In this document: positions 18,727 to 27,989 of the stretch, piece after piece
Position numbering within the stretch: position 1 is the first letter of the stretch
Layout: each line of letters begins with the position of its first letter
From: Pedobacter sp.
GTDB taxonomy: Bacteria; Desulfobacterota; Desulfuromonadia; Desulfuromonadales; Syntrophotaleaceae
Direction of reading: 5' to 3'
DNA: 64,000 bases
Assembly (NCBI GenBank): GCA_050253415.1
Contig: JBFWJC010000001.1
Coordinates: 744,679-808,678, forward strand
Notes under the pieces: model-generated
What the model saw: the letters and a program-made list of their open reading frames with translations, nothing else
Database searches by the model: none
Told to the model about the DNA's origin: nothing
Position numbers and translations under genes: made by a program

Positions 18727-19470
18727 TCACATCCCTCCAAAGGCCAGTGCAGCAGCCACCAGAGCCGGGATCAATTCCGTCAGTTCGCAGGCCGCACCGA
18801 GAGTATCCCCGGTAAATCCGCCGATCTTTCTTTTGCTGTAGGCCGCCAGCAGAAGGATGACTGCCAAGCTGGCTCCAGCCGTTATCAAACCTGATGGTCC
18901 CTGCAGTAGCCAGGCGCTGCCGGTCAGCAGGACCGCCGTTGTCAGCCCTGCTCGAAGAGTCGGCCGAAACACCTCGGCCAGGCCGCCGGTGGTGCGTGCA
19001 TAGGGGAGCACCGCCAGACTTACTGTCAGAGCCGTGCGTCCGGCCAGGGGCATGAGTACGATGGTGGTCATGCGTAACGGCGCGGGCACTGCAGCCAGTG
19101 TGGTGACTTTAAGTAGCAGCAGGCCGCAGATGGCCATGACGCCCATGGGGCCGCTGCGGCTGTCGCGCATGATTTCCAGCATGCGCTCGCGACTGCGGGA
19201 GCTGAAAAAGCCGTCGGCCGAGTCGGCCAATCCATCCATGTGCAGGCCGCCGGACGCTGCCAGCAGGATCAGCACAGTGATCACGCTGACCACGGTTGGC
19301 GGCAGGATCATCCCCAGGCCCAGGTCGATGATTGCGGCAAGCATGCCGATCAGGGCACCGACCAGGGGAAACCAGATCAGGCTGCGGCCAAGATCCTCAC
19401 CGGTGCCAAGCCAGCGGGCCGGCAGCGGCAGCACGGTGAGAAAACCGAGGGCGGCGAACAGGCTTTTCAT
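18727..19470 (-). CDS. cobS: Adenosylcobinamide-GDP ribazoletransferase (cobalamin synthase)
   Basis: FLTVLP, GGLHMDGLADSADG, IMRDSRSG, GGFTGDTLGA. Confidence 0.97.
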   Translation of the reverse strand: MKSLFAALGFLTVLPLPARWLGTGEDLGRSLIWFPLVGALIGMLAAIIDLGLGMILPPTVVSVITVLILLAASGGLHMDGLADSADGFFSSRSRERMLEIMRDSRSGPMGVMAICGLLLLKVTTLAAVPAPLRMTTIVLMPLAGRTALTVSLAVLPYARTTGGLAEVFRPTLRAGLTTAVLLTGSAWLLQGPSGLITAGASLAVILLLAAYSKRKIGGFTGDTLGAACELTELIPALVAAALAFGGM

Positions 19471-20537
19471 GCGTCCACGTTGCTCTGGCTGACGGCGGCC
19501 TCTTCAAAGGTGGCCATCTCGGTGAGGAGGCGTTGGGCGCCTTCCACCAGGGTCATGGCCAGGGCCGCGCCGGTGCCCTCACCGAGACGGAAATCGAGGT
19601 CCAGAAGAGGTTTTTTGCGCAGACGTTCAAGGGCCAGGCGGTGTCCCTGTTCGATGCTGTGGTGCGCGGCAATCATGTAGTCGGCCGAGGCCGGTGCCAC
19701 GGACTGCGCTATCAGCGCGGCGGCGGTACTGATGAAACCGTCAATGATGACCGGTTTGCGCAGGGCCGCGGCGCCGAGGATCAGGCCGGCCAGACCACCG
19801 ATTTCAAAGCCGCCGACCTTGGCCAGCACGTCGATCCCATCGTGGGGATCGGGCTGGTTGATATCCAGGGCCCGCTGAATCACGGAAACCTTGTGCCGCC
19901 GCTGCGCGTTGTCGATACCGGTACCGTTGCCGGTCGCCTGCTCAGCGCTGGCTCCGGCCAGCAGGGCGACGATGGCGCTGCTCGGTGTGGTGTTGGCGAT
20001 CCCCATATCTCCCGTACCGAAAAGGTCGGTGTCGCTGGCGAAGGCCTGGGCGACTTCGATGCCGGCCTCCAGACTCTGAAGGGCCTGTCCGCGGGTCATG
20101 GCCGGGCCCAGGGCCATATTTGCGGTGCCGGATGCGACAGCTTTGCACAGGATGGCCCCGCTGTCGGTCAGGGCCGAAAGATCGCAGGCGGTACCCATGT
20201 TCACCACCAGCACCCGGGCTCCTGCGACGCGTGCCAGGGCGTTGATGCCGGCACCGCCGGCGACGATGTTGCCGATCATCTGGCCGGTGACTGCCTGGGG
20301 GAAGGCGCTGACCCCTTCGTCGGCAACGCCATGATCGCCAGCCATGGTCACGATCAGGCGCCGTGCTACCTCCGGTTTGAGGGAACCGGTCATCCCTGCC
20401 AGATCGAGAGCCAGGTCCAACAGGCGTCCCAGAGCCCAGTGCGGCATGGTCAGCCGGTCGAGGCGGTCTTTAGCCTGGCGGCGGATATCTTCATCCTGGG
20501 GCTTGATGTTGGCGATGGTCGCATTGAGCAGATTCAT
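19467..20537 (-). CDS. cobT: Nicotinate-nucleotide-dimethylbenzimidazole phosphoribosyltransferase
   Basis: AGDHGV, GDMGIANTT, VGGFEI, DGFI, RLGEGTGA. Confidence 0.97.
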   Translation of the reverse strand: MNLLNATIANIKPQDEDIRRQAKDRLDRLTMPHWALGRLLDLALDLAGMTGSLKPEVARRLIVTMAGDHGVADEGVSAFPQAVTGQMIGNIVAGGAGINALARVAGARVLVVNMGTACDLSALTDSGAILCKAVASGTANMALGPAMTRGQALQSLEAGIEVAQAFASDTDLFGTGDMGIANTTPSSAIVALLAGASAEQATGNGTGIDNAQRRHKVSVIQRALDINQPDPHDGIDVLAKVGGFEIGGLAGLILGAAALRKPVIIDGFISTAAALIAQSVAPASADYMIAAHHSIEQGHRLALERLRKKPLLDLDFRLGEGTGAALAMTLVEGAQRLLTEMATFEEAAVSQSNVDA

Positions 20538-21088
20538 GAAATATCCTCCTGTTTCAGATGCAATGGCAGGCCGCAGGCCACCAGGGTAACCTGGTTGGCA
20601 TTGGCGGCGAGCAACTGGTTGCAGCGTCCCAACAGATCGCGGAACAATCGGGCCTCCCGGTTTTCCGGGACGATACCCAGTCCGACCTCACCGCTGACGA
20701 AAATGACAGTGCCAGGATGCCGCTTTACCGCCTCGATCAGGGCGTGACAGCGCCGTTGCACATCTTCTTCGGACAACGGCAGATTGTTGTTGCAGCCGGC
20801 TTGATACATGAGATTGTTGATCCACAGGGTCAGGCAGTCGACGAGCACCGTGGGGCAGCTTGTGGCCTGCGCCAAGGTGGCGGGCAAGTCGAGCGGTTCT
20901 TCAAGGGTTTGCCAGTGCTGCTGCGTACGGGCCTGACGGTGTTTGCGGATGCGTTCCGCCATCTCCGCATCGGTTACCGGACAGGTCGCCACATAGGCGC
21001 GCGGGCCGGGTAGCGATTCCGCCAGGCTCTGGGCATAGGCGCTCTTGCCGCTACGGGCGCCACCGGTTACCAGGATCATGCGACTCAT
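20534..21088 (-). CDS. cobU: Adenosylcobinamide kinase/guanylyltransferase
   Basis: GGARSGKS, RIRKHR, LVDCLTLW, EVGLGIVP, FRDLLG. Confidence 0.97.
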   Translation of the reverse strand: MSRMILVTGGARSGKSAYAQSLAESLPGPRAYVATCPVTDAEMAERIRKHRQARTQQHWQTLEEPLDLPATLAQATSCPTVLVDCLTLWINNLMYQAGCNNNLPLSEEDVQRRCHALIEAVKRHPGTVIFVSGEVGLGIVPENREARLFRDLLGRCNQLLAANANQVTLVACGLPLHLKQEDIS

Positions 21089-21708
21089 GCGGTTATCCCC
21101 TGCAGGTGACTGCGGTCGTTGAGGCGGGTCAACACGCCTTGATCGCCAAACAGGCGCACGGCGGAGATAGATGCCGGGTCGATTTCAAATAACAGGTAGT
21201 GCTTGGCCGGCAAGCCGAGCCACTGGCAGATCAGTGCGCGGATCACGCCGCCGTGGGCGAACACGGCCACCGGTTCGGTTTGCGCAGCGGCGGTGCGGGC
21301 GATGCGCTCGGCGGCCCGTTGAATGCGATGCAGAAAATCCGTGTAAGCCTCGCCCTGCGGGAAGCGGAAGTCCTGCTCCAGGCGCGCCCAGCGATCCACG
21401 TCTTCGGGGTAATCGCGTGCAATTTCGGCGAAGGAGAGAGATTCCCAAAGGCCAAAATCGATTTCACGCAGATCGTCATCCTGTTGGCACATCATGTCGA
21501 TAGACGCGTTTGCGATGGTTTCGCGTACGCGCAACATGGGGCTGCAGAAAGCTTCCCGGCAGGCTGATAATTCGGTGCAGTGCGCCAGGGCCTTAGCCTG
21601 CGCCTGCCCCAGAGGACTCAGCGGCACATCCCGTCGGCCGACGAACCGACCTTTGAGGGCTTCACCGGTATCACCATGGCGGATGAGAAACACCTGTGCG
21701 CCGTTCAT
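21085..21708 (-). CDS. cobC: Histidine phosphatase, probable alpha-ribazole/adenosylcobalamin phosphatase
   Basis: LIRHG, LREIDFGLWE, AHGGVIR; operon context. Confidence 0.9.
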   Translation of the reverse strand: MNGAQVFLIRHGDTGEALKGRFVGRRDVPLSPLGQAQAKALAHCTELSACREAFCSPMLRVRETIANASIDMMCQQDDDLREIDFGLWESLSFAEIARDYPEDVDRWARLEQDFRFPQGEAYTDFLHRIQRAAERIARTAAAQTEPVAVFAHGGVIRALICQWLGLPAKHYLLFEIDPASISAVRLFGDQGVLTRLNDRSHLQGITA

Positions 21709-22958
21709 GCTGCGACCCCTTCCATCAGCCTGCTTAAAACGGCGAAGGCCGTTTCATGGTCCGTGGCTGCGGCAATTTCTTCGACCGTGCCGGGCCGGAA
21801 CCAGTCCATGTTTGAAAAGGCCGAAACCACCTCACCGACCACGATCAGGCCAGGGCCCTCGGAGCCATCGGCGGTTTTTTCGACTTCTTCCACGATGGTT
21901 GCCAGGGTACCTATGAAACGTTTTTGCCGACTGGTGGTACCGTCGGTAATCAACGCCACGGGGGTTGCGGCCGGTCGCCCCTGGCGTACCAGCTTGTCCG
22001 CTACGGTGGAGAGCATGGTTTTACCCATGAGCAGGATCAGCGTGTCGGGACCCTGAGCCATGCGTCGCCACTGTTCTTCACTCAATCCTGCGCCGTCTTT
22101 TTTATGAACGGTATAGACGCCGAAGGATGTGCCGAATTCACGGTCGGTGATAGGGATGCCGGCGTAGGCCGGTACCGCTGCCACGCAGCTGACGCCGGGT
22201 ACGATCTCGAAGGGGATGCCGGCTTCGCACAGGGCGCGGGCCTCTTCGCCGCCGCGGCCGTAAATGGTCGGGTCGCCTCCCTTGAGGCGCGCCACATTGC
22301 GCCCTTGCAGCGCCAGTTCGAGCATCAGTCGGGTGATATCCTCCTGGTTGAATTTGTAGTTGCCCTTGCGTTTGCCGACGTCGATTTTTTCAGCATGGGG
22401 GGCATAGCGTGTGACCAGCAGCGGGTTGGCGATGGCATCGAACAGCACCACGTCGGCCTGGCGCAGGCAGTCGGCGCCTTTGACCGTAAACAGGCCGGGG
22501 TCGCCGGGGCCGGCACCGATCAGGTAAACCTTGCCGGGAAGGCCGGTGTTTTCTCGACTAACGGCATTGACAGCGGATGCCGTGGGTGGGCAGGGAAGGT
22601 TCGTACCCGTGGCTTGTGTACCGGGCAACACGAAATCTCCCGACAGGGGATCATCGCCACGCATGAGCAGGATCCCGGCGGCACGCGCGTCGGCTGCCAC
22701 CCGCGAGTTGATTTCAGGATCGGCGGCGTCGGTGACGACCAGAAAAACGCCGTCAAGATCTTCGCGCCGGTAGGGGCTTTGCCGGATTTCGATACAATCG
22801 GGCATCTGTTCAGCCAGGGGTGAAGTCGTGGGTGAGTCGATCAGTCGCAGGTGCGCACCGGAAGCGGATAGCTTGGGAATAAGCGCTCGGACGAAGGGGC
22901 CGTTGCCGACCAGCAGGCAAAGACGTTCTTCGATGGATAGATGAATCGGCAGGTACAT
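21705..22958 (-). CDS. cobA: Uroporphyrinogen-III C-methyltransferase with a shortened CysG/SirC-like N-terminal domain
   Basis: GKVYLIGAGPGDPGL, VGKR, RLKGGDPTIYGRGGEE, YAGIPITDR; N-terminal ~115 aa resemble the CysG NAD-binding domain; GGAGAGG RBS. Confidence 0.9.
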   Translation of the reverse strand: MYLPIHLSIEERLCLLVGNGPFVRALIPKLSASGAHLRLIDSPTTSPLAEQMPDCIEIRQSPYRREDLDGVFLVVTDAADPEINSRVAADARAAGILLMRGDDPLSGDFVLPGTQATGTNLPCPPTASAVNAVSRENTGLPGKVYLIGAGPGDPGLFTVKGADCLRQADVVLFDAIANPLLVTRYAPHAEKIDVGKRKGNYKFNQEDITRLMLELALQGRNVARLKGGDPTIYGRGGEEARALCEAGIPFEIVPGVSCVAAVPAYAGIPITDREFGTSFGVYTVHKKDGAGLSEEQWRRMAQGPDTLILLMGKTMLSTVADKLVRQGRPAATPVALITDGTTSRQKRFIGTLATIVEEVEKTADGSEGPGLIVVGEVVSAFSNMDWFRPGTVEEIAAATDHETAFAVLSRLMEGVAA

Positions 22959-22972
22959 GGGAACCTCTCCGC

Positions 22973-23008
22973 AAAAAAAAAATCCCCGAAGCATAAGGCT
23001 TCGGGGAT
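22973..23008 (-). terminator. Intrinsic terminator of the riboswitch expression platform
   Basis: Minus strand ATCCCCGAAGC-N5-GCTTCGGGGAT running into a run of ~10 T, just before the first gene's RBS. Confidence 0.9.
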
Positions 23009-23093
23009 AACGTTTTTTATCCGCCTGTTACGGTTTGCACACGGCGAATCTTTGTCCGGCCTCAATCCTCGAAGGTCGTAACAGCACGTGTGC

Positions 23094-23254
23094 AGGACAG
23101 GCAGGTCTTCTGGCTCCCGGGTCATTCTTTCGGCCACGCCTTCCCTTTCGTCGTTACGAAAAGTGGCATTCTGTGGCTTTCGTCACCGGTTACAGCGGCG
23201 GGACCGCGACGGATTCACACCGTCTTCCCTGTTAGGCTTTAAAGCACCTGTCCT
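23094..23254 (-). ncRNA. Cobalamin (B12) riboswitch
   Basis: Minus strand AGGACAGGTG...AACAGGGAA-GACGGTGTGAATCCGTC-GCGGTCCCGCCGCTGTAA...GCCACT...GGGAAGGC...GAGCCAGAAGACCTGCCTGTCCT (B12 box), upstream of the cob/cbi cluster. Confidence 0.97.
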
Positions 23255-23378
23255 TGGTCAAATTGTAAGGCACCAGGTCGAAGCTGCAAGCTTCTAAGTA
23301 CCTGTTGTATGTTTTAACAGATGACCTCCGGTAAAACTATCCCCAAAATGGGGTATTTCTTTTCTCCCCCATCGAATA

Positions 23379-24206
23379 TCAGGATGAGGTGTCTGACACC
23401 GGTTCGTGACGCAAACGCAGATGCCAGGCCAGCGGCAGACAGAATTTGGAGATACCGGTCAGAAGGGTTCCGGTTAGTACGATGGCCCACATGGTCCCGG
23501 CATCCAGCTGGTCCCGGAACAGCCCGGTGACCAGGGTGGTGCCCCACAGCAGGCTTAATCCAAGTATCAGCTGAACATTCTGGCTCATGGCGTGTATGCC
23601 CCAGAAATTTTCGGAAATACGACTCAGATTGCCATGACGCAATTTAATTTCAATGAGTTTAAACCAGACCCGCCCTTCGGCGACCTGCGCCGAGCCGTCG
23701 AAAATATGATGCAGCAGATAAAGCACGATAAGCAGATATTTGCTGAAGGTCAAATTGCCGAAACAGGAGCTGAAAAACGGCGGATAGCACAGCACCAGCA
23801 TCGCTGCGCCGAGGGCCTGGCCGATGCCGACCAGGGTCAGCCCGTTGATAAGCTTTTGCAGCTGATGATGTTTGTCGGCCAATCGCTCCAGGTGATCGAC
23901 AAAGGATGAGACTTTGATGCTGCTGACGAAGGTGATGCCGGGATACACATATTTGGTTAATACCCCCAGCACCGCGGCGACCTTGTACTCGGTTTCGGCC
24001 ATGGTGAACATGGTGTAGAGAACCGCGCCTTCAAGGATGCTCTTGCCTATCGTGTACATGAAGTTACCGGCTTCGCCAAAACGGTAGAAGCGGCTGATGA
24101 CCAGCGCATGAGCCCATAGGTGCGTCTTGTGGATGACATCACGGACCAGCCCGGGGTGTCCATTGTGGGAAGGCGACTCAATCTTAGGAGGCAGTTCATG
24201 ATTCAT
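23379..24206 (-). CDS. Unknown integral membrane protein (about 5-6 TM segments)
   Basis: 275-aa ORF with several hydrophobic segments; no family recognised. Confidence 0.75.
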   Translation of the reverse strand: MNHELPPKIESPSHNGHPGLVRDVIHKTHLWAHALVISRFYRFGEAGNFMYTIGKSILEGAVLYTMFTMAETEYKVAAVLGVLTKYVYPGITFVSSIKVSSFVDHLERLADKHHQLQKLINGLTLVGIGQALGAAMLVLCYPPFFSSCFGNLTFSKYLLIVLYLLHHIFDGSAQVAEGRVWFKLIEIKLRHGNLSRISENFWGIHAMSQNVQLILGLSLLWGTTLVTGLFRDQLDAGTMWAIVLTGTLLTGISKFCLPLAWHLRLRHEPVSDTSS

Positions 24207-24257
24207 GGGGTCGGTTCTTTCCCTGTGGCTAATACCGTGCAGAGTGCCGCCTGGTTG

Positions 24258-24293
24258 AAAAAAGGCGTAACGACGAATTAAGACCGTTACGCC
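24258..24293 (-). terminator. Probable intrinsic terminator after the lyase gene
   Basis: GGCGTAACG/CGTTACGCC stem with a T6 run on the minus strand; a second hairpin lies at 24321-24349. Confidence 0.65.
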
Positions 24294-24358
24294 CTGTCGA
24301 GCATAGCTGCTTCTGTAGTCGGGACGCCGGCGGCTACCGCCGACGTCCCTGGATGAGA

Positions 24359-26620
24359 TTACATGGCTTTCAGCAGCTTCACCGTTTCACGGGCCGCTTT
24401 GCGCGGATCGAGACCGGTGTTGGAAATACCGGAAATAACCTTGGTCACATCATGGTCGACGGTACCGGCGGCCCAGGTGGCCGGGGCAACACGGGTCATG
24501 TAGACCGAGTAGGCATGATGACCGCTACCCGGGCGTTCGCCGATGATGTGGATGATGGCCTTGGGAGTCGTGGCGGGATCCGTGAACAGGATGTCGCCGG
24601 CCTGATATCCAGCGCGTACGCGGCCGCTGGTTACCACGATGTTTTCCTTGGCCACGGTCCAGCCGGCCTTGGCCAGTTCAGACTTCAGCTCATCCATGTA
24701 AGGCATGAGATGGTCCTCGTCCATGAGCGCCTTGGCGTTCAAACCATCGGAAAGAACGATCTGTACATCCGGAGCTTTACCGCCCCAGGCGGCCCGCAGT
24801 TTATTGAGGGTTGCCACGGAGGCGTCATTGAATTCCTCGCCAGTGCTCGGATGCGCGACATAGTCTTCCCGGTCGGCCGATTTGGTCTGCAGCGTCACGG
24901 CGTTGGGGATGGAGGCGATGAATTCAGGAGTGAACTCGGCCCACAGACTGACCTTGGCGTCGTCATACAGGGCATGCATCTCCTGGTTGGTTTTCGGATT
25001 CAGATCCCAGATGTTTTTGCCAAACCCGATGGCCAGGGGTACGCCGCGAGCCTGAACTTCATCCACCTTCTTCTGACCTTCGGCGTAGATCTCCTTCATG
25101 CTGCGGGTATCGCCTTTGGCCAGGCGGTACTGATAGTAGACCCAGATGGGATCGCCAAAATGTTCAGTCGGTTTGCCGTTGGCGTCGATGACCTTGATTT
25201 TCTTGAAGAAGTTCCACATGTCATCGTTAACTTTGAAACCGAATTTTTCGCGCAGGCGCACATGGTCCTGGTAACCCGTGGTCAGGTAGCTGAGCATCGG
25301 GTCGTTTTTGGTCGGCAGCGCCATCAGGTAGCCGGGGTTGGCCGGGGCGATCTGGTCCTGGCACCAGTCGAGGTCGTCCAGGGTAACGGGCATGTGCAAG
25401 GTGGAGCAGATATCGAGGCCGATGATCAGGCCATGCAGTTTGCCCATGGCGATGTCTTCCAGACAGGTGCGGACCAATTGCTCGCGGGTTTTGAAGACTT
25501 CGGGACCGATGAAACCGGCTACGTCGTTGACATGACACCAGGCACCCTGGCCGTCGGTCTGGGCGGCTGCAACCTGCTGTTTGAGTGCGCGGGCGAAGCC
25601 GTATTTGCGCGATTCATGCACGACCATGTCAAAGCCTTTGCCATGGCCGTTGGTGAAGTCGGCACCCTGGCCGGTTTCATGATACAAACCGTATTTGCCG
25701 GTGCGCATTCTCGCGTAATTCATCATTTTTTCCAGGGTCAGGTCGAAAGTCTTGTTGGCGTCGACTACGCCGGCCAGACTCTGGAACCAGATCGCGGTGG
25801 ACCCGGGGTTGTTCTTTTCAACCTCGGCCTGCACATCGATGTGCGACAGCACGCACCAGGGGTTGTACTTGTCGACGCCGAAGGTCTGCATGACGTCGCG
25901 CAGGGCCAGTTCGATGTTTTCGATGTTCTGCGGTTGGCTGTCAACGGGGTTGTTGCCGACCACGATGTCGCCGACGGCATAGGAGTAGGCGTCAAAGGTC
26001 TGCCAGACGATGTCGTCGAGATTGTCGGTCGGCGAGTTGGGCTGGATGCGGGCGCTAATGTAGCCTTTGGCGCCGATTTTGGAACCGGGCAGGGGGTTGA
26101 AGACCGTCTGGCCGATTCTGGTCAGTTCGTCGTTGGACATCATTTTGACCACGTTGGCGATGATATCGCTGTGCAACCCGTACATGATGCTCTTGATCTG
26201 GGCTTCGGACTTGGTCAGGAGAAAGTTTTTCAGTTCACCCATGGTCCAGTTTTTGACTTTGTTGTACTGGGCCATGTCGGTGGTGTTGGTGATGAGTTCG
26301 TACTGCGCATCCAAAAACAAGGGCTTGTCCACCAGATCCTTGATTTTGGTGTTGGCCATGAGTTTGCGGGCATTTTCACGGCTGGCATCGTCATCGGCCG
26401 CTACGCCGATGGCCTCATCGCCTTCCTTGAAGGAGTTGGCGGCCCCGACCACTTGTTGGTAAAGGGTCTGGTCAAATTGACCTTTGGCCCGCGTAACGTA
26501 GGCGAATATGTCTTCGCCCGGTTTGACGTCGCGGATGGCGACCGCTCCGGCCAGGCTCGCCACAAAAGTCAGGGCCAGGCCAAACGTGATGCCGTACAGC
26601 AATTTTGCGTTGAGTTGCAT
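24359..26620 (-). CDS. eutB: Single-chain ethanolamine ammonia-lyase (EutB-EutC fusion) with N-terminal signal peptide
   Basis: EutB motifs RIQPNSPTDN, GDIVVGNNP, CVLSHI, FQSLAG, ETGQG, GFIGPE, LEDIAMGKL; EutC motifs DVQIVLSDGL, GRV, IGERPG; leader MQLNAKLLYGITFGLALTFVASLAGA; GGAGG RBS. Confidence 0.9.
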   Translation of the reverse strand: MQLNAKLLYGITFGLALTFVASLAGAVAIRDVKPGEDIFAYVTRAKGQFDQTLYQQVVGAANSFKEGDEAIGVAADDDASRENARKLMANTKIKDLVDKPLFLDAQYELITNTTDMAQYNKVKNWTMGELKNFLLTKSEAQIKSIMYGLHSDIIANVVKMMSNDELTRIGQTVFNPLPGSKIGAKGYISARIQPNSPTDNLDDIVWQTFDAYSYAVGDIVVGNNPVDSQPQNIENIELALRDVMQTFGVDKYNPWCVLSHIDVQAEVEKNNPGSTAIWFQSLAGVVDANKTFDLTLEKMMNYARMRTGKYGLYHETGQGADFTNGHGKGFDMVVHESRKYGFARALKQQVAAAQTDGQGAWCHVNDVAGFIGPEVFKTREQLVRTCLEDIAMGKLHGLIIGLDICSTLHMPVTLDDLDWCQDQIAPANPGYLMALPTKNDPMLSYLTTGYQDHVRLREKFGFKVNDDMWNFFKKIKVIDANGKPTEHFGDPIWVYYQYRLAKGDTRSMKEIYAEGQKKVDEVQARGVPLAIGFGKNIWDLNPKTNQEMHALYDDAKVSLWAEFTPEFIASIPNAVTLQTKSADREDYVAHPSTGEEFNDASVATLNKLRAAWGGKAPDVQIVLSDGLNAKALMDEDHLMPYMDELKSELAKAGWTVAKENIVVTSGRVRAGYQAGDILFTDPATTPKAIIHIIGERPGSGHHAYSVYMTRVAPATWAAGTVDHDVTKVISGISNTGLDPRKAARETVKLLKAM

Positions 26621-26737
26621 GTGACACCTCCATTGTTCGGGTGAACCACAGGGTCTGTGATTTTCTTAGGGTTACCCTGTGTGTCAGTTCGCGTACACGG
26701 ATAGAGAAGATCGTCTAACGGAGATGATGCCAAAATT

Positions 26738-27847
26738 CTATTCCCGGTGTTTTTTCGCCTCCTCCCACATATCGTTGAACGCTTTTTCTGTCTCCTCGCT
26801 CATGACCCGCCATAAGGCGACGGTCTTGAAATAGTTTTCGTCTCCTACGTGGAACATGGTTTTTTCCTTGTCGTCAAGCAGGTCGCCCACATCGGCGATG
26901 ACCGGCGAGACACCTTGCGCTTTGACCACGTCAGCCTGCCGCACCGGATCAAGCATGAAGTTGATCCATTCCTCGGCCAGGGTTTTGGTCATGCCCTTGG
27001 CGCCGGCGCCGATGTACCAGCAGTCGATCCAGGCGGTACCGCCTTCCTGGGGGCTGGCCAACAGCCAGTTACCTCCTTTGAGGTTGGCCTGGGCGGCGGC
27101 AAAACCCCAGGTGGTTGCCAGCGACAGTTCCGGAAACTCATCCGGATTGGCGGCTCCATCCCACAGGCTTTTGGCATTTTTGGCGAGTACGTTGAGTTGT
27201 TGCTGAACTTTGTCCCGATCAAGACGCTCGATGTCGAAGATGTCGGCATAGCCGTAACCGAGAGCCAGCGCCGTGATCCAGACATTAACCTTGGGGAAAT
27301 TATTGTTGATGGTGTATTTGCCGGCGTACCGGGGTTCCCACAGGATGTTCCAGCTGTCCGGGGCTTCAGTGACCTGGTCCAGGTTGTAGGCCAGGCCGTA
27401 GGGGCCGCAATTGTAGGGAACGCCGTAGCGCTGACCGGCAAAAATCGGGGTGGTGTCGTCACGGAACACCGGCATCATGTTTTTGAGGTTGGGGATATTG
27501 TTGATATCCACCGGCTGCAGGTAAGGAGTCTCCTCGGAATAAGCATAAAAACGCGGGATTTTCGGCAGTTCGATGGGGGGCGAGATCAGATCCGCCGTGT
27601 TGTCTTTTACCGCCATGAAGAACTCGTCCTGATCCGTAGGATTGGCGATCAACACTTCGACATCGACCTGGTACTTATCCTTGATCAGTTTCTGGAAATC
27701 GGCCACATAAGGTTTGGCATAGCCGCTCCAGCATGTAATACGCAACGTTTCTTTTTTGGCCTTACTGCAACCCGGAGCCAGTGCCAGGCCGATGGCGACC
27801 AGGCCCAGGATGCCGAAAAGCGGTACCTGCCAAAATGCTTTTCTCAT
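26738..27847 (-). CDS. PotD/PotF-like extracellular solute-binding lipoprotein
   Basis: Lipoprotein-like leader ending APGC; WSGY, NIPNL, YGVPY..GPYGLAYN, PDSWNILW, PQEG..AWID, WINFML; AGGAGG RBS. Confidence 0.88.
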   Translation of the reverse strand: MRKAFWQVPLFGILGLVAIGLALAPGCSKAKKETLRITCWSGYAKPYVADFQKLIKDKYQVDVEVLIANPTDQDEFFMAVKDNTADLISPPIELPKIPRFYAYSEETPYLQPVDINNIPNLKNMMPVFRDDTTPIFAGQRYGVPYNCGPYGLAYNLDQVTEAPDSWNILWEPRYAGKYTINNNFPKVNVWITALALGYGYADIFDIERLDRDKVQQQLNVLAKNAKSLWDGAANPDEFPELSLATTWGFAAAQANLKGGNWLLASPQEGGTAWIDCWYIGAGAKGMTKTLAEEWINFMLDPVRQADVVKAQGVSPVIADVGDLLDDKEKTMFHVGDENYFKTVALWRVMSEETEKAFNDMWEEAKKHRE

Positions 27848-27938
27848 GATGATCCTCCTGCTGTTTCGGTGTTCGGGGTTCATGGGTGCCGTGGCTTGTT
27901 GCCTGGCCGGCACGAGGTCTCGGCCGGTCAAACGTTTG

Positions 27939-27964
27939 CGGCGGGGAGGACGTCCTCCCCGCCG
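27939..27964. promoter_or_regulatory. Perfect GC-rich stem-loop after the porin gene (stabiliser or attenuator)
   Basis: CGGCGGGGAGGA-CG-TCCTCCCCGCCG. Confidence 0.6.
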
Positions 27965-27989
27965 GAGATAAAAATTAAAAAGCCTTTGG

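Noticed and set aside
24353..26644. 763-aa plus-strand ORF
   Set aside because: Antisense shadow of the eutBC fusion caused by codon bias; no motifs.
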